Shown: one piece after another, positions 13,562-27,729 of the stretch
Layout of the letters: the number at the start of each line of letters is the position of its first letter
Position numbering within the stretch: position 1 is the stretch's first letter
DNA from: Octopus sinensis
Lineage: Eukaryota
DNA: 48,391 nt
Direction: 5' to 3'
Assembly: GCF_006345805.1 (NCBI RefSeq)
Contig: NW_021834705.1
Location: 1 to 48,391, forward strand
Translations under genes and position numbers: made by a program
Notes under the pieces: model-generated
What the model was told of the DNA's origin: nothing
Databases searched by the model: none
The model's input: the letters and a program-made list of their open reading frames with translations, nothing else

Positions 13562-13959
13562 GATATACACACATATATTCGCACACACACACACACATTT
13601 GTATATATAGAGACACAGTCACCTGCGCATATATTTTCTTATACAGATGAATAGACAAAATCGCATACGCACACATACACACATATACAAACGCAAACGT
13701 ATTTATATACAATCATATTAACATAACACATCACACACACACAAACATACACACGCATATATTTGTATATAGAGCTACAAACACATATACACATATATTA
13801 GTAAACGAATACACAGACACAGTCACACATACATACAATCAATCACGCACGCACACACGCGCGCATACACGTCCTCTAATATGTTCACAAGCACAATTAA
13901 TAGCTACGAGTAATGAAAATGAGTCTCCGTCGCTTGTAATGATGAGCGTTCCTCTTGAT

Positions 13960-14095
13960 CGCTCAACCGAATAATCTGCTCATTAAATTAAACGTATGAA
14001 TGGCTGAATATTCCGCTGTCATGTGTACTTCCATGTAAATCAGTGTGGCAGGGTGTGTGACAAGACCTGGCGGTCCGAATTACAGGTACAAACCT
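13960..14095 (-). mobile_element. Family E SINE 3' part, decayed
   Basis: gtgtgtgacaagacctggc...gaattacaggtac is the reverse complement of the gtacctgtatt...ccttgtcacaca segment at 6656-6692. Confidence 0.55.
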
Positions 14096-14274
14096 TACGT
14101 CATGCTTCAGCACAGTTTCTGTCTATACGACATTATTCTAAAACGCTTGGGAAGTCAGATGGCCGAAAATCGAACCTAAGGTAAAGCCTTGGATGAAAGA
14201 AAACAATGAAAACTGATCTTCTTGGCCACGTGACCACGTCAGCGTCGATGAATTCTTTCGAATTTCGAATGCAT

Positions 14275-14468
14275 AAGGCCAGCACTTTTTCTGGGCTAAG
14301 TAGGTTATATTGCCCTTAGTATTTGATTGGGTCACTACTTTTTGGACTTCTAAAAGAGGGGAGGCAGAGTTGACCACCGTTGGAATTGAACTCACAGCGT
14401 AAAGAGCGGGATGAAATGCCGGTAAGTATTTTGTCCGACGGGCTAATGATGCTACCACGTTGTCGTCT
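14275..14468 (-). mobile_element. Old family A SINE
   Basis: ggaattgaactc (B box, reverse) and gaaatgccggtaagtattttgtccgacg. Confidence 0.65.
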
Positions 14469-14553
14469 TATGCCAGCGTCTAATATGCATGTATGCATGT
14501 GTGTATGTACGTGTGTATGTATATGTATGTATGTATCACTTAACCGATATATA

Positions 14554-14700
14554 TCGTCTGTCTTTATGTTCTGAGTTCAAATTCCGCCGAGGTTAACTTT
14601 GCTTTTCGTCCTTTCCGACCAGTTACGTACTGGGGTCGATGTAATCGACTTAATCCCCTTGACTGTGCTTGTTTGTCCCCTCTGTGGGCAATATAGAAAT
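14554..14700 (+). mobile_element. Headless family A body unit
   Basis: cgtctgtctttatgttctgagttcaaattccgccgagg...ctgtgggcaatatagaaata. Confidence 0.75.
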
Positions 14701-15496
14701 ATATATATATGTGTGTGTGTGTGTGTACGTATGCATGTGTGTGTGCATGCTTGTGTGTTTGTGTGTGTATGCACTCACATAGAATCTTCATTCACCATTT
14801 CTTTGGTAAGAGTATCCGTTATCAGGTACCACAATGATCGTCTAAAGAGTGAATAGAGATGATTTAAAAAAAATTTTTGCGGCGGAGTTCACTCACTAAT
14901 AATTTCTAGGTTCCTTCTTTCAAGTAATTTCCAATTTCCCCCACCAGTTTTCATCCTTCCTGAGCTTATGCTTTGTTGCACAGGGTTCATTTAATTCTTA
15001 ATCGGAGGTTGAATCAGGCAACATCAAAACATTTCTACAGACCGAGAGACTTGCATGATACGTGTCAATGGGCCAGTACTCTATCAAGTTTTGTCTAACT
15101 TAGTAACAATATCGTAATTTGCTATTTGTTCCGAGCCTAGTTCCACTTGCATGTTTTATCAACCCGAGTAGGAGTGACAAAAGATTACGTTATTACTCGT
15201 TAAAGTTCTTAAACGCCCATGCTAGGGCCACGCGGCGGAGGAACTTTGATGTATTTACCACGCCAAAAGGAAATTGCTCGCAGTTTTCAGTCGGTAGCCT
15301 ATTCGAAACATCGTAGTAAACTAAAGAAAACCTTCTGTTAGCCATGGTAGTGGTGGTCTCATGTTCTAGTGTGAACGATTACATAAGCCTACACGAGAAG
15401 CCTGCAGGTGGTCAGTGTACGTGTTAGAAATAACGGTTCAAATAGTACTCAAATCTTTACATGTCTCTTAAGTATACGTTCAACGATACGTGCAAG

Positions 15497-15682
15497 GTCT
15501 GGAATTTTGGCGGAGGGTGCTAGTCGATAACATCGAACCCAGTACATGACTGGTACTTATTTTATCGACTCCAAAGGAATGACAGGCTAAGTTGACCTCG
15601 TTTGAATTTAAGCTCAGAAAAGACGGAAGAAATGCCGCCAAACATTTTGTCCGGTGTGCTAACGATTCTGCTAGCTTGCCGC
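15497..15682 (-). mobile_element. Family A SINE
   Basis: Ends gctaacgattctgctagcttgccgcc, the reverse complement of the family head. Confidence 0.75.
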
Positions 15683-16500
15683 CTGTGCCCTAAATATGGA
15701 AAGGATTTATTAACAGGTACAACACTGCACAGAAAGGGACTATTCGGCGCGGCTGTTTCGACGCTGAAGAATTGTCACGGCTGATTGGACATTCAAGCTG
15801 TTTGTGTGACAGTAATTTTTGGCACTAGAGGGAAACACACCCACGCATCTGCACGGAGGAATATACATGCATATGTTAATGGATATATAGGTAGAGTGAG
15901 TCAGAGATAGATGGAGAAAGAAGTTTTACATATACACATATTAAACGCTCCTAAGCATAAAGACAGAGAATAAGAGAGAGAGAAGAGACAGAGAGAGAGA
16001 GAGATAAACAAAGTGATAGAGAGAAAACTGAAACATGAAAACAATGTTTTCATTTTGCTCGATTAAGATATGGCCTAGGGCTAAACAGCTTCCGCTCAGC
16101 AGTGATAAAAGAAACATCAGGAGCAGTTACAATAACAGCAAAAACAGCAAAGTGCAACTATTATCTTCTCAGCAGGAGGATACAAACTGACTGAGCTGCA
16201 GATCGATATATCGATAAAGGTCGAACGGCAACGTTATTTTTTTTTCTCTACCCTTACGTAATAATACCCCAACCCGACCCCAGCACTAACCCACTGCTAC
16301 TTGGCGTTGCTATTGATAGCCTAATCGATCAGTAAGCGATTCAGGAAATGAAATGAAGTAATAATAATAATCTGTTGATCAGGATGTTAAATGAAATGTA
16401 AGAAAAAAAGCAATGGGACGGGATGGAAGAAAAACATATTACTTTCACTTTCACATTTTCCTATCTCTCTCTCTCTATCTAATCTCTCTCTCTATCTCTA

Positions 16501-16532
<32 letters not shown>

Positions 16533-16544
16533 TCTCCCTCTCAG

Positions 16545-16550
16545 AAATAT
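16545..16550 (+). other. Candidate 6-nt microexon AAATAT
   Basis: Long (CT)n tract ending tcag| and |gtaagt donor; could be a chance product of the microsatellite. Confidence 0.2.
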
Positions 16551-17307
16551 GTAAGTCTGAGCATATATATGCATATATACATACATATAAAGGTACATAC
16601 ACAGAGACATGGTGATGATGATGATGGCGATTATGGTGATGATGATGATGATGATGATGATAATGATGACGCTGATTAAGTTATGAAGAGAATAACAATG
16701 CTGATCAGGATCAATATAACTATGTATGTGTATGTGTATATGTGTGTGAGTGTGTGTATACATATATATATACATGGATATTTACAGTCATATGTAGCTA
16801 TAGTGAAAATATATATATACACACATACATGTATATAGATAGGCGGATACACGCACATACATATACACACGAAAACACAAACACACACATACATATATTG
16901 CACTCACACATACATAGATATATACATGTGTATGTATGTATCTATTATATATATATATATTATATAATATATATATATATAAATAATTTATATACATATA
17001 TGTTTATATATGTATATATATATATAATATACATATATATATAACCATATATGTGTGTTTATATATATACATATATATATGTATATATATATATATATTA
17101 TATATATATATATAATTAATTAAAATTAATATATATATATATATAAATAATATAATATATAGATTTATATATATATATATCTATATATATATATATATAT
17201 ATATAATATCTATCTATCGTTCCTTAAGGCAACCTATTGACCTATTGAAAATTTTATGCTATTAAATATTAAATGATTAGGGCCAAATGTTGCTGTATCG
17301 TTCACAG

Positions 17308-17331
17308 ATTCACTTGATACACACCTGCCTG
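17308..17331 (+). other. Candidate 24-nt microexon
   Basis: tgctgtatcgttcacag| acceptor, CTG|gtgagt donor; phase 1 reads SLDTHLP. Confidence 0.25.
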
Positions 17332-17543
17332 GTGAGTTGCACAGACGGCGAGGAGCCTTGGGAAGCTAAGACTCACCATTGTCTTGAAGCCACCACTGAC
17401 ATGTGAGTCGTAGACGACACATACGTGCATGCCCACACACGTACAGGCATATCACAAAAAATTACATACCTATATTATGTATATATATGCGTGGTATATG
17501 TGTATATATATATATGTATCTATATATATATATATATATATAT

Positions 17544-17600
<57 letters not shown>

Positions 17601-17685
17601 CTTTACTCGGACAAATCGCCTTTATTCGAACAAATCCACCGCAGGGACTTAATCTTTGCAGGCCTTGCACTTATCTATCCGTACC

Positions 17686-17985
17686 GCTAGTTTACGGGGA
17701 CGTAAACACACTAACATCGGTTGTCAATCAATGGTGGCGGGACAAACACAGACACACAAATGCATACACTTATATATACTCTTTTACTCTTTTACTTGTT
17801 TCAGTCATTTGACTGTGGCCATGCTGAAGCACTGCCTTTAGTCGAGCCAGTCGAACGCAGGACTTATTCTTTGTAAGCCTAGTACTTATTCTATCGGTTT
17901 CTCTTGCCGAACAGCTAAGTTCCGGGGACGTAAGCACACCATTATCGATTGTCAAGCGATGTTTGGGGGACAAACACAGACACAT
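17686..17985 (-). mobile_element. Family B SINE 3' half plus partial tandem duplicate
   Basis: ctcttttactcttttacttgtttcagtcatttgactg... matches 40697-40880. Confidence 0.8.
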
Positions 17986-17996
17986 ACACACATGTA

Positions 17997-18076
<80 letters not shown>

Positions 18077-18322
18077 TGTAGGGTTAAAGATTACTGCCCG
18101 ATCGGGCATTAATCTTTAAATTACAATGCTTTCTTCACTGACAGTTGAAATATTCCAGCATTTGGAACATTAAGTAAATTGGTGAGGTAGAAGACCACCA
18201 GCGTGTTGGTACAACGATAACTTGAAAATTGTTTTAGAACTTGTTCAACTGTTTTTTTATTCCCATAGTTTAATACTTTTAACTCCTTCAGATCTATTTA
18301 TTCATGACTGACCAAAGATCTA

Positions 18323-18566
18323 TGAATGGATTTGGTAGACAGAAACTGAAAGAAGCCTGTCATATATATGCGTGCATCTTTGTGTCTGTCCCCACCACCA
18401 CTTGTTTACACCTCCCCCCAGTAACTTAGCGGTCCAGCAAAAGAGACCAAAAGAATAAGTACCAAGCTTTAAAAAACAAAAAAGTACTGGGGTTGATTTA
18501 TTTGACTAAAGGTTCTTCAAGATGGTGCCTCCAGTATGGCCACAGTCTAAACACTGAAACAAGATA
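18323..18566 (+). mobile_element. Older family B SINE, 5'-truncated
   Basis: gatttggtagacagaaactgaaagaagcc...gtaacttagcggtccagcaaaagagacc...actgaaacaag. Confidence 0.75.
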
Positions 18567-19025
18567 TACGCATGAGCGTGATTGCAGCGTAGAGGACACA
18601 TTTTAACCATTCAGAAACACACAAACACTTACTGGTTTTAATATGATGTCAAATTTTCATCACATTGTAATTTAAAGATTAATGCCCGACCGTCGTCTCG
18701 CAGTTGTACTGCGCTCGAAATTAGCTTTGTTGTCTGTGAAATACCAACACTCTGATGCTTCAAAAATTTGTTTAAGAAATGTTCTCGCATTCGAAAATTA
18801 TTTAACATTAGAATTGACGTTGACGGTAACTGTTGTCAGGGAACGTTTAGTTTAATGATAGAACACTGAGTCGGTATCTGAGCGGTACGCGGTTCGATTA
18901 CCGTAATTGCCCGCTGCCGACTTTTTCCCGTCTTATAAAGGCATTCAATGCTCTCTTCCTCTTCTGTACTCACACCTCTACTACGCTCGAAGTTCGCATT
19001 CTTGTCTGTAAAATATACATATATA

Positions 19026-19188
19026 GGCCCAGGAGTGGCTGTGTGGTAAGCAGCTTGCTTACCAACCACATGATTCCAGGTTCCGCCCCACTGCGTAACG
19101 GGTTGGGCAAGTTTCTTCTACTATAGCCTGGGGTCAGCCAAAGCCTTGTGAGTGGATTTGGTTGACGAAAACTGAAAGAAGCCCGTCG
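19026..19188 (+). mobile_element. Family B SINE 5' half (tRNA-like head, CORE-like ttgggcaagt)
   Basis: ggcccaggagtggctgtgtggtaag...ccaggttccgccccactgcg. Confidence 0.8.
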
Positions 19189-19264
19189 TGTATGTATATT
19201 ATATATATATATAATATATATTATATATATAATATATAATATTATATATATATATATATATAAC

Positions 19265-19295
<31 letters not shown>

Positions 19296-19381
19296 CCTGT
19301 GTAAGCACATAAATACAATCAAGGTGGAAAAATAGTACTCGAATATCAGAGGTAGAGGAATAAGCTTTAATAAAGTATATA

Positions 19382-19545
19382 TCCTCCGTCTCCTTTTCTA
19401 TTGGACTTTCCTCTGTTTCTGAAGAAGAGCTCTGTTCGAAACGTAAAGTCATCTTTTTTCCTTCCCTGAGCGTCTGATAATACGTACCACGTCCACGTGT
19501 TGTGTTTATGTGTTTGGTTCTTCGTTTTTTTATTTACTATTTTAT
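19382..19545 (+). mobile_element. Short element with hammerhead-like motif (19419-19445)
   Basis: CTGAAGA-A-GAGC-tct-GTTC-GAA-ACGT-A; homologue at 29118-29298; ends at (TA)n. Confidence 0.65.
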
Positions 19546-19574
19546 AATATATATATATATATATATATTATACT

Positions 19575-19665
19575 TTTTTAAAGCAGCAAAAATTCAACAA
19601 AACCTGTTACTCTGAGTTTCCGTTGCCGTTCATCGGACAGTTTGTTTCACATTTATGTGTTTACT

Positions 19666-19670
<5 letters not shown>
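19575..19670 (-). mobile_element. Short element with CCGAUGA hammerhead-like motif (19614-19636), between (TA)n tracts
   Basis: Minus strand actgt-CCGATGA-A-CG gcaa CG-GAAAC-TC|agagt. Confidence 0.45.
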
Positions 19671-19713
<43 letters not shown>

Positions 19714-19912
19714 AACACACATGTATTATTTAAAGCAGTTTGATTTGGCTGCATTCGTCTTCAAGTTTGTGCGACTTAAATTGGAGCCGAATCAAATCGT
19801 TTTAAACAATAATACATATAGCTCCACCTAAATATGTTGAATGCCGCTTTCTTTCGTCTAAGCAGTACACGGAGTTACATTTCTGTATATATCTATTTCT
19901 ATCCCTCTTATA

Positions 19913-19945
<33 letters not shown>

Positions 19946-19949
<4 letters not shown>

Positions 19950-20192
19950 AGAGTTTACGAAAAAGCACAAAAGACGAAGACAAGTAGTGTACAAAACAAA
20001 CAGATGTATTAGTATAACGCTCAGGAATAGAAAACAAGTCTTTTACGTTTCAAGCCTACGCTCTTCTACAGAAGGGAACACAGAAAAAAAATCAAGGAGA
20101 GAAATAAGGAGAGTAAAAACGAGAGGAATAAAAAGGAGAGAAAATAATGTGTGTAGGGGCTAACGATCTATCATGGTGACTGACTTCGGACA
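19946..20192 (-). mobile_element. CUGUAGA hammerhead-like element, copy 2 (motif 20044-20071)
   Basis: Homologous to 6130-6297; both ends at (TA)n. Confidence 0.75.
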
Positions 20193-20213
20193 ATATATAT
20201 ATATATATATATA

Positions 20214-20270
<57 letters not shown>

Positions 20271-20738
20271 ACATATATATATTGCTGAAAACAACCAACG
20301 TTTCTGAAGAAATCCTCTCAGACAGCCCAAAACCCCGTACAAAAAACATTGGAGAAACGCGGAAAGAATACAAATACAAACAGAAGAATAGATTGAACTG
20401 ATTAAAGTTGGCGGATTCAATACATCGATAATCAATCAACTCCAGGTCTTTTTGTCTCTCCAGTGGTTAAGTTCATATTTTAGCGGCTCATTAATTTCCA
20501 ATACCTTTGCATCGAATCCATTTGACTCTAACAGAAGAATCGTCCGATTGTGTAAAAGAGAGAACGCTGTAGATGAGAATGGCGTAGACATATAATGGGA
20601 GAATGGCTGTTCAGTTTGTTTTACTGAGCGAAAACTTATCTATCTGTCTCGTTGCTGGCGTGTGGTGGGGTGGCACTGTTCTGTGGTGATTGCGTGATTG
20701 CGTATGTGTGTCTGTGAGTGATTGTGTGCGTGTGTGTG

Positions 20739-20772
<34 letters not shown>

Positions 20773-21678
20773 TGTGTCAGTGGCTGGTTTTTGTCATCGC
20801 TAGTAGCCATTATTGCCGTTGGTTGTCGCCATTCTCATCTTCAATCTTCCCCGCCGATTTCCGATTACATTTAGTTTAAAGACAAAGAACGATGGACTAA
20901 GAGAAAAGAAGGATGGATGGAAGGAAGGAAGGAAGGAAGGAAGGAAGGAAGGAAGGAAGGAAGAAGGAAAGAAGGAAGGAAGGAAAGAAGGAAGGAACAA
21001 AGGAGAAAGAAAGAAAAGAAATTAGGACGGGCGCATGAAAGAAAACGGGCGGGGAATAATAGTTATCGTTTTGAATGCGTAATAAGAATAATAATGATAA
21101 TAATAAAATAACAATAATAATAATAATAACAACAAAAACAACAACAACAACAACAACAACAACAATAATAATAATAATAATAATAATAATCACGCTGCTA
21201 TAAAACTAGAATTTTACTCATGATTAGATCGATACATTGAACTGGTTTAGCATATTAAACGCTGAAGATCCTTTGTCATTTGGAAAGGAAAGGAATCGTA
21301 TATATTTATATACATACATACATACATGTGTGTTTGTGTGTGTGTGCGTATCAAATAGGCATTCACATAAGGGTAAAGAATGGCTACAAGTACGGCTGGA
21401 AGATGGAGGAAGTCTTGTGTAATAAAAGCTACTTGCAAAGCCTATTATGTAAGAACGGCTACCAAGATGCCCCCGTTTGAAAGATGTGTTTTCTTTTGTA
21501 GCAATTACGTGTTGAATGTTGCCTAGAACAATGGCAATGTTTCAAGAGAACAATGCTACAATAAAAGCGATTGAACCAAGACAATACGATTTTTAGATAA
21601 TACAATGAATAGGGCGTCACGATAACCAGTTTTTAGCTATATCTATGGGAGGGTAGGACAATAATAATAATAATAATG

Positions 21679-21751
<73 letters not shown>

Positions 21752-22884
21752 AATCGTAATAAAAGTACAATGACAGCAGAAATAATAACGGGTTGGTTAT
21801 TGGTACAAAAGAAGGAAAGTTCGGATCACTGGCCAAATTGAAGTATGAAGTCTAGAAATTTATTGCTTCACCCAATTTTTATCTCAAAGTCTCTTGCGCC
21901 AAACTGCGCCAGTCCTTTACAATGTATTGTCCGCACAACAACGAAACAATGGAATCGACAATTTACTACGACTTATACAAGCACCACTATTACTGCTCTG
22001 AATATTTTGACGAAATCCCTGCTGCAATAAATGTGCAATTGCGATCAATAACTGCATTTATGTTGCAAATGCTGTATGTTTTAAAATTAAGTTTAAAACG
22101 GGTTTCCTTCTCATCTAAGAAATAGAGGCGTAACTGGTAACGATCTAAGACAAATTAGAATTAACCGTGTCTTCGGCCGGATTTGAGACTGGGAACATAG
22201 TTGAACAATGTAACTAAAGGATTGTAACACTAGCGATCACTTACCTGTCTATGCATGAAGCACAAGGCTTCTTAAAACCATTTTACTCCATTATATTCCG
22301 TTTTAGCTTTAACTGATGAGACACAACATACTGAAACACCGGTGTTCAAGAATTTCATGCGCCCATGAACCCAATGTGTTATGAACATACACTCGTCGTG
22401 AAAAGAGTTGTTTTCCTGCGATGCACACAACAGAGACTAGCATATTCACGTTTTAATCGACCGGAATTTTTTAACAATAAATTTACAAGTCACAGTTTCT
22501 ACGTCTTAAGAAATATATATTTTATTATTGCTGTAAATATCTCCGTTTCCTTTTGATGCATTTTACAACTGATTCCATTTAATATTTACTCAAAACATAT
22601 ATAGAACTGATTCCACTCATTTTAGAATATCATTTAGTTGGACAACTGGCAGTCATTGCTCCGGCTTATAGGTAAAAAAGAGGGGACCGTTATGTTTGGA
22701 ATATTTTTGATCGTAGTTCAGCTGGATAAGAGTTAAGAAGCAGACAGTCGTCACTCGCGATCGAGTCTGCCTTGGTAGCATGTATGATGGTTAAATGGCT
22801 ATCAAGTCGTGAGCAGACATAGACACACCACACTGTCGGCCGACCACTACTTGGCCCAGAAGGGTATCTAGGATGTAACAGCTA

Positions 22885-23040
22885 GAGGGAGAGAGAGAGA
22901 GAGGGTGGATCGCATCAGCTACTGGCTGGTACACATTTACGGCTGAGCAGACTAGAGTAACATGGAATGAAGTGCCTTGCTGAAAGTTAGAACGTCTTGC
23001 GACTCTGGATTATGAGCCGAGCAATTTAACCACGAGGCAC
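22885..23040 (-). mobile_element. Decayed tRNA-headed SINE (family C-like)
   Basis: gaatgaagtgccttgct...tggattatgagccgagcaatttaaccac. Confidence 0.45.
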
Positions 23041-23498
23041 AACTCGGTAAGGACTCAACAACAACAATAACAACAACAAAAACAACAATAGCAATAACCC
23101 CAGCAATAACAAGAAAGATCTAACCGCCACATTTTCAGAAATCTGCCCACCTTTTCCTCACTGCATCACTACCACTACATCATCATACCACTCGCTTAAT
23201 ACTTCACACAAGCATTTCACCAGACCCACACGCATACCATTATCAACACCGCAACAAGTAAAAAATCCCCGCAGGTTCACGCCACTGCGAAACTCCTTGA
23301 CACTACGCCATCGTAGCCAAGGGAATCAGTGCACCCCGCCACCACCTCCACCACTACGCCTGCAATCTACTTCTCTTGCCATTGTCATCGAAAGGCGATT
23401 ATCAAAGACAGAAGCACGGTAATTATATAAAACTGTATTATGTTGGTGAAGAATAGGCAAATCTGCCGACAACCGTTTGTAGAGCGGGAGAGAGGGAT

Positions 23499-23529
<31 letters not shown>

Positions 23530-23654
23530 AAGAGAGGGAGAGAGAGAGAGAGAGAGAGATCGTGTGTGTGATGGAGAGAGGAAGTTGGAGAGAGTGACAT
23601 ATGAAGAAAATGACAGAATTGAAAACAGTGTATAAGTGGGAGTAATAGAGAGAA

Positions 23655-23685
<31 letters not shown>

Positions 23686-23804
23686 AAGAGAGGAGAGATG
23701 AGTTAGGGAGAGAGAGACAAGGGAGAAAACGAGATATATACGGTTATAAAGAGGTAGGAAGATAACAGAAGAAGGCATAAGTGTGTGTAGATAGATAGAT
23801 AGAT

Positions 23805-23862
<58 letters not shown>

Positions 23863-24108
23863 TGATAGATTGATAGATAAGTTTCTTTATTGGCCACACA
23901 GGGCTGCACACAGATGGGACAAGTTACAAGGTAGAGCTTTTCTTTTGGGGGATGAAAAAAAAACAAAAAACAAAAGAAACAAAAAAAAGGGGGGTGGCGC
24001 AGGTTTTCGATCAAGAGGGATCGTAAAAGGGAAGAAAAGAACAAAAAAAAAATAAAATAAAAATAAAAAAATAGACGCAAGTAGATAGTCAGACAGACAG
24101 ATAAACAA

Positions 24109-24513
<405 letters not shown>

Positions 24514-24760
24514 TCAGAAACTTAGCCTATATGACAAAGCAAAAATAAGGTAGAGAAAAAAGAAAGGGAGAGAGAGAGAGTCAAGATTAAGTCATGCAGT
24601 TTTTAACTCGTCCGAAGCTGATTCTTATTTTTAAAGGAATTATCAGTTTTCACAGGCACATACACGAACATACAGACATACAAGATACTCACACACGCAC
24701 GCACATGCATGTAATGTGTGTGTATGTATCTATGTATGTGAGTGTATATATATATTATAT

Positions 24761-24791
<31 letters not shown>

Positions 24792-25169
24792 TATATATAT
24801 ATAATATATATAATATATATAATATATATATATATAGATATATATAATATATATATATATATTATATATATATATATATATTATATATATATATATTTGG
24901 GTGTGTATTTATGTCAGCATGTGTGTAAATATGTGTGTATGTATTGTAAGCGTTACTCCAAGACAATCTGATAACAGTCCCACAAGAATTAGTGTAGGAG
25001 TTTATAAAAAGAGTGTTTGAGGAACAATGCCAATTATATTCAAAAGAAATATCTGCAGTTATTAAATTTTTTATGTTGTAAAAAATAATTTTTTTTTCCC
25101 TCGCAAACATTATTGGAAGAAGATCAACGGATAATGGAATAATAATGTTTGTCTTCGTTGTTGTTGTTG

Positions 25170-25233
<64 letters not shown>

Positions 25234-25267
25234 CATCATCATCATCATCATCATTACTATTATTATT

Positions 25268-26245
25268 TGCAGAGATGAGCTGACAGAATTGTCACGGAAA
25301 CTGCTGAGCAGCATTTTTCCCAACGCTTAACGTTCTGAGCTCAAATTCCGCCGAGGTCAATATTGTTTTTCATTCTTACGAGTTTGATAAAATGAGCAAC
25401 AGCTGAGCATTGAGATCGGTCAAGTCGATTTACCTCTTCCCCCCAAAATTGCTGGCCTTGTGCCAAAATTATCAATCAATGTTTCGGGCGGTGAGCTGGC
25501 AGAAACGTTAGTACGCCGGGCGAAATGCTTAGCGGTATTTCGTCTGCGTTACGTTGTGAGTTCAAATTCCGCCGAGGTCGACTTTGCCTTTCATCCTTTC
25601 GGGGTCGATAAATTAAGTACCAGTTACGAACTGGGGTCGATGTAATCGACTTAATACCTATGTCTGTCCTTGTTTGTTCCCTCTGTGTTTAGCCCCTTGT
25701 GGGTAATAAAGAAATAGGTATTTCGTCTGCAGTTACGTTCTGAGTTCAAATTCCGCCGAAGTCAACTTTGCCTTTCATCCTTTCGGGGTCGATTAAGTAA
25801 GTACCAGTTACACACTGGAGTCGATGTAATTTTGACTTAATCCGTTTGTCTGTCCTTGTTTCTCCTCTCTGTGTTTCGCCCCTTGTGGGTAGTAAAGAAA
25901 TAGGTATTTCTTCTCTCTTTACGTTCTAAGTTCAAATTCGGCCAAGGTGGCTGCTTTCCATTCTTTCAGGGTCGATCACATAATTACTAATTGAGTATTG
26001 GGGTCAATGTAATCGACTTATACCCTTTCCCAAAATTGCTAAAATTTAACGTCAATATTTAGGTTAGCGAGCTGGCAAAATCGTTACCGACATTTGACAC
26101 TAAATTTAAATGCCGCCAGGATCGAGTTTGCCTTTCATCCTATCGGGGGTCGATTAAATGGTACTAATTGAGCACTGGAGTCAATGTAATCGACTTACCC
26201 CTTCCCTCGAAATTGCCGGCATTGTGCTAAAATTTGAAGCCAATA
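25268..26245 (+). mobile_element. Cluster of co-oriented family A SINE units (old copy, head plus three tandem bodies, old copy)
   Basis: Body starts gtatttc at 25535, 25718 and 25904; further decayed copies at ~25268 and ~26065. Confidence 0.85.
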
Positions 26246-26404
26246 AAACTGTAATAATTAATTAGAAAGAGAGACTTGATGGACGACAAAATCGATAAAG
26301 AACTGAATTGCAATATTTCATGTTACTTAATTGAAAGTGTTTACGTTTGATCTGTAACTTCAAGTTCCAAGAGGGGAGCTTAGATCTATTGTTCTTCTTT
26401 CCAG

Positions 26405-26539
26405 GGCCGATTAAGTACAAATGCAACATCAACTTTGCACAAACTGACAGACAGGAACCTTTTATAATCCTGAGGAATTTACAAGCATAAAACACAGAAC
26501 ACCCGCTGTTGCCAGACTACTTGACTGATACTTTGCACG
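26405..26539 (+). other. Candidate 135-nt exon with a single in-frame TAA (26488-26490) in phase 1
   Basis: ttgttcttctttccag| acceptor and ACG|gtaagc donor in unique sequence; reads PIKYKCNINFAQTDRQEPFIILRNLQA*NTEHPLLPDYLTDTLH. Confidence 0.3.
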
Positions 26540-27411
26540 GTAAGCTAATAATAAAATCGTATCGTTTGTATAAACGTATCGGTAGCTGTATTTCATTTGA
26601 TCATTTAAATAAAGTTAATATGTGTTTAGTTCATAGCAAGTTGAACAAGGTCACCGTCCCTGATACGGAAAAAATCAGTAATCCGGAAGGCCTGTGGAAT
26701 CTAAGGTTTAGGAAAATCGATCTTGTAGCTACACCAATCAACTATTGGGAATGATTTAGTCGATCCCCCCTCCATTTAAAACCTCTTTTCCTTGTGCCTA
26801 AGTCTTGTATTCTCCCTTGTTTGTACCCAGTTACTTTCTTAATATTTATTTATGTGACCCTTTAACCACAGCTATTCCAATAATGATGTGAAATATCTAC
26901 CAAAAGACAAAGGCGAAAAAAAAAATAGAATTCGTATTTTCTGCAAGTCCCGTTGTTTTAATAAACTTGACAGATCACAAGAAAGGAATAGTTTTATACA
27001 ACAGTTAGGTTGATATATAAAACTGTTTTCTGCAGTTAAGTGTAGTAAAATGTTCAATGTATCTAACTGATTTCAGCAGTGAAATGAGTATAAACTGCTC
27101 TGATAACCAAACATGAATCGTAAAACGGCGAAATAAGAAAGCTCAAATTTTGGTAGCAGAAGATCAAATCATCTCAATGAAATAATGACAAACTTCACTA
27201 GCAAAATAATCAATTAGAAAGTTGGTTAATCGAGTCAATCGTCTGCTGATCGATTACCTTATCAAACTGAAACAACAAAAGGACCGACTTGTATGTTAAT
27301 TTGATCTTAGCCAGGATCTAGGATCAAACAGCGCCAGCATTTTATTCATCAGCGTTATTTTTCAATCGACCATCTTTGGTTTCATACCGTTTCATTTATT
27401 CCAACTAGTGT

Positions 27412-27454
<43 letters not shown>

Positions 27455-27632
27455 GCTGCTGCTGCTTCTGCTGCTGTTGCTGCTGCTGCTGCTACTGCTC
27501 CTACTACTGCTGCTTATGCAGGAAGCACAAAGTTTGAACGAAGTATTAACACAGGATGTACGAGAAAAGACGGTCGTCTTAGTAACAAGACGTAGAAATA
27601 AATTGAGAAAATATATCATCAACGTGTATATA

Positions 27633-27671
<39 letters not shown>

Positions 27672-27673
27672 GT

Positions 27674-27713
<40 letters not shown>

Positions 27714-27729
27714 TTAGATAGATATATAC

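Noticed and set aside
21817-21827. 11-nt match to miR-100 (GATCCGAACTT) on the minus strand
   Set aside because: Seed region does not match and I see no precursor hairpin
22245-22330. Minus-strand exon candidate with perfect CAG|gtaagt donor
   Set aside because: Stops in all three frames and no partner exons identified
22313-22346. CTGATGA...GAAACACCGGTGTT hammerhead-like motif
   Set aside because: Core and palindromic stem III are present but stems I and II do not pair; at best a decayed relic
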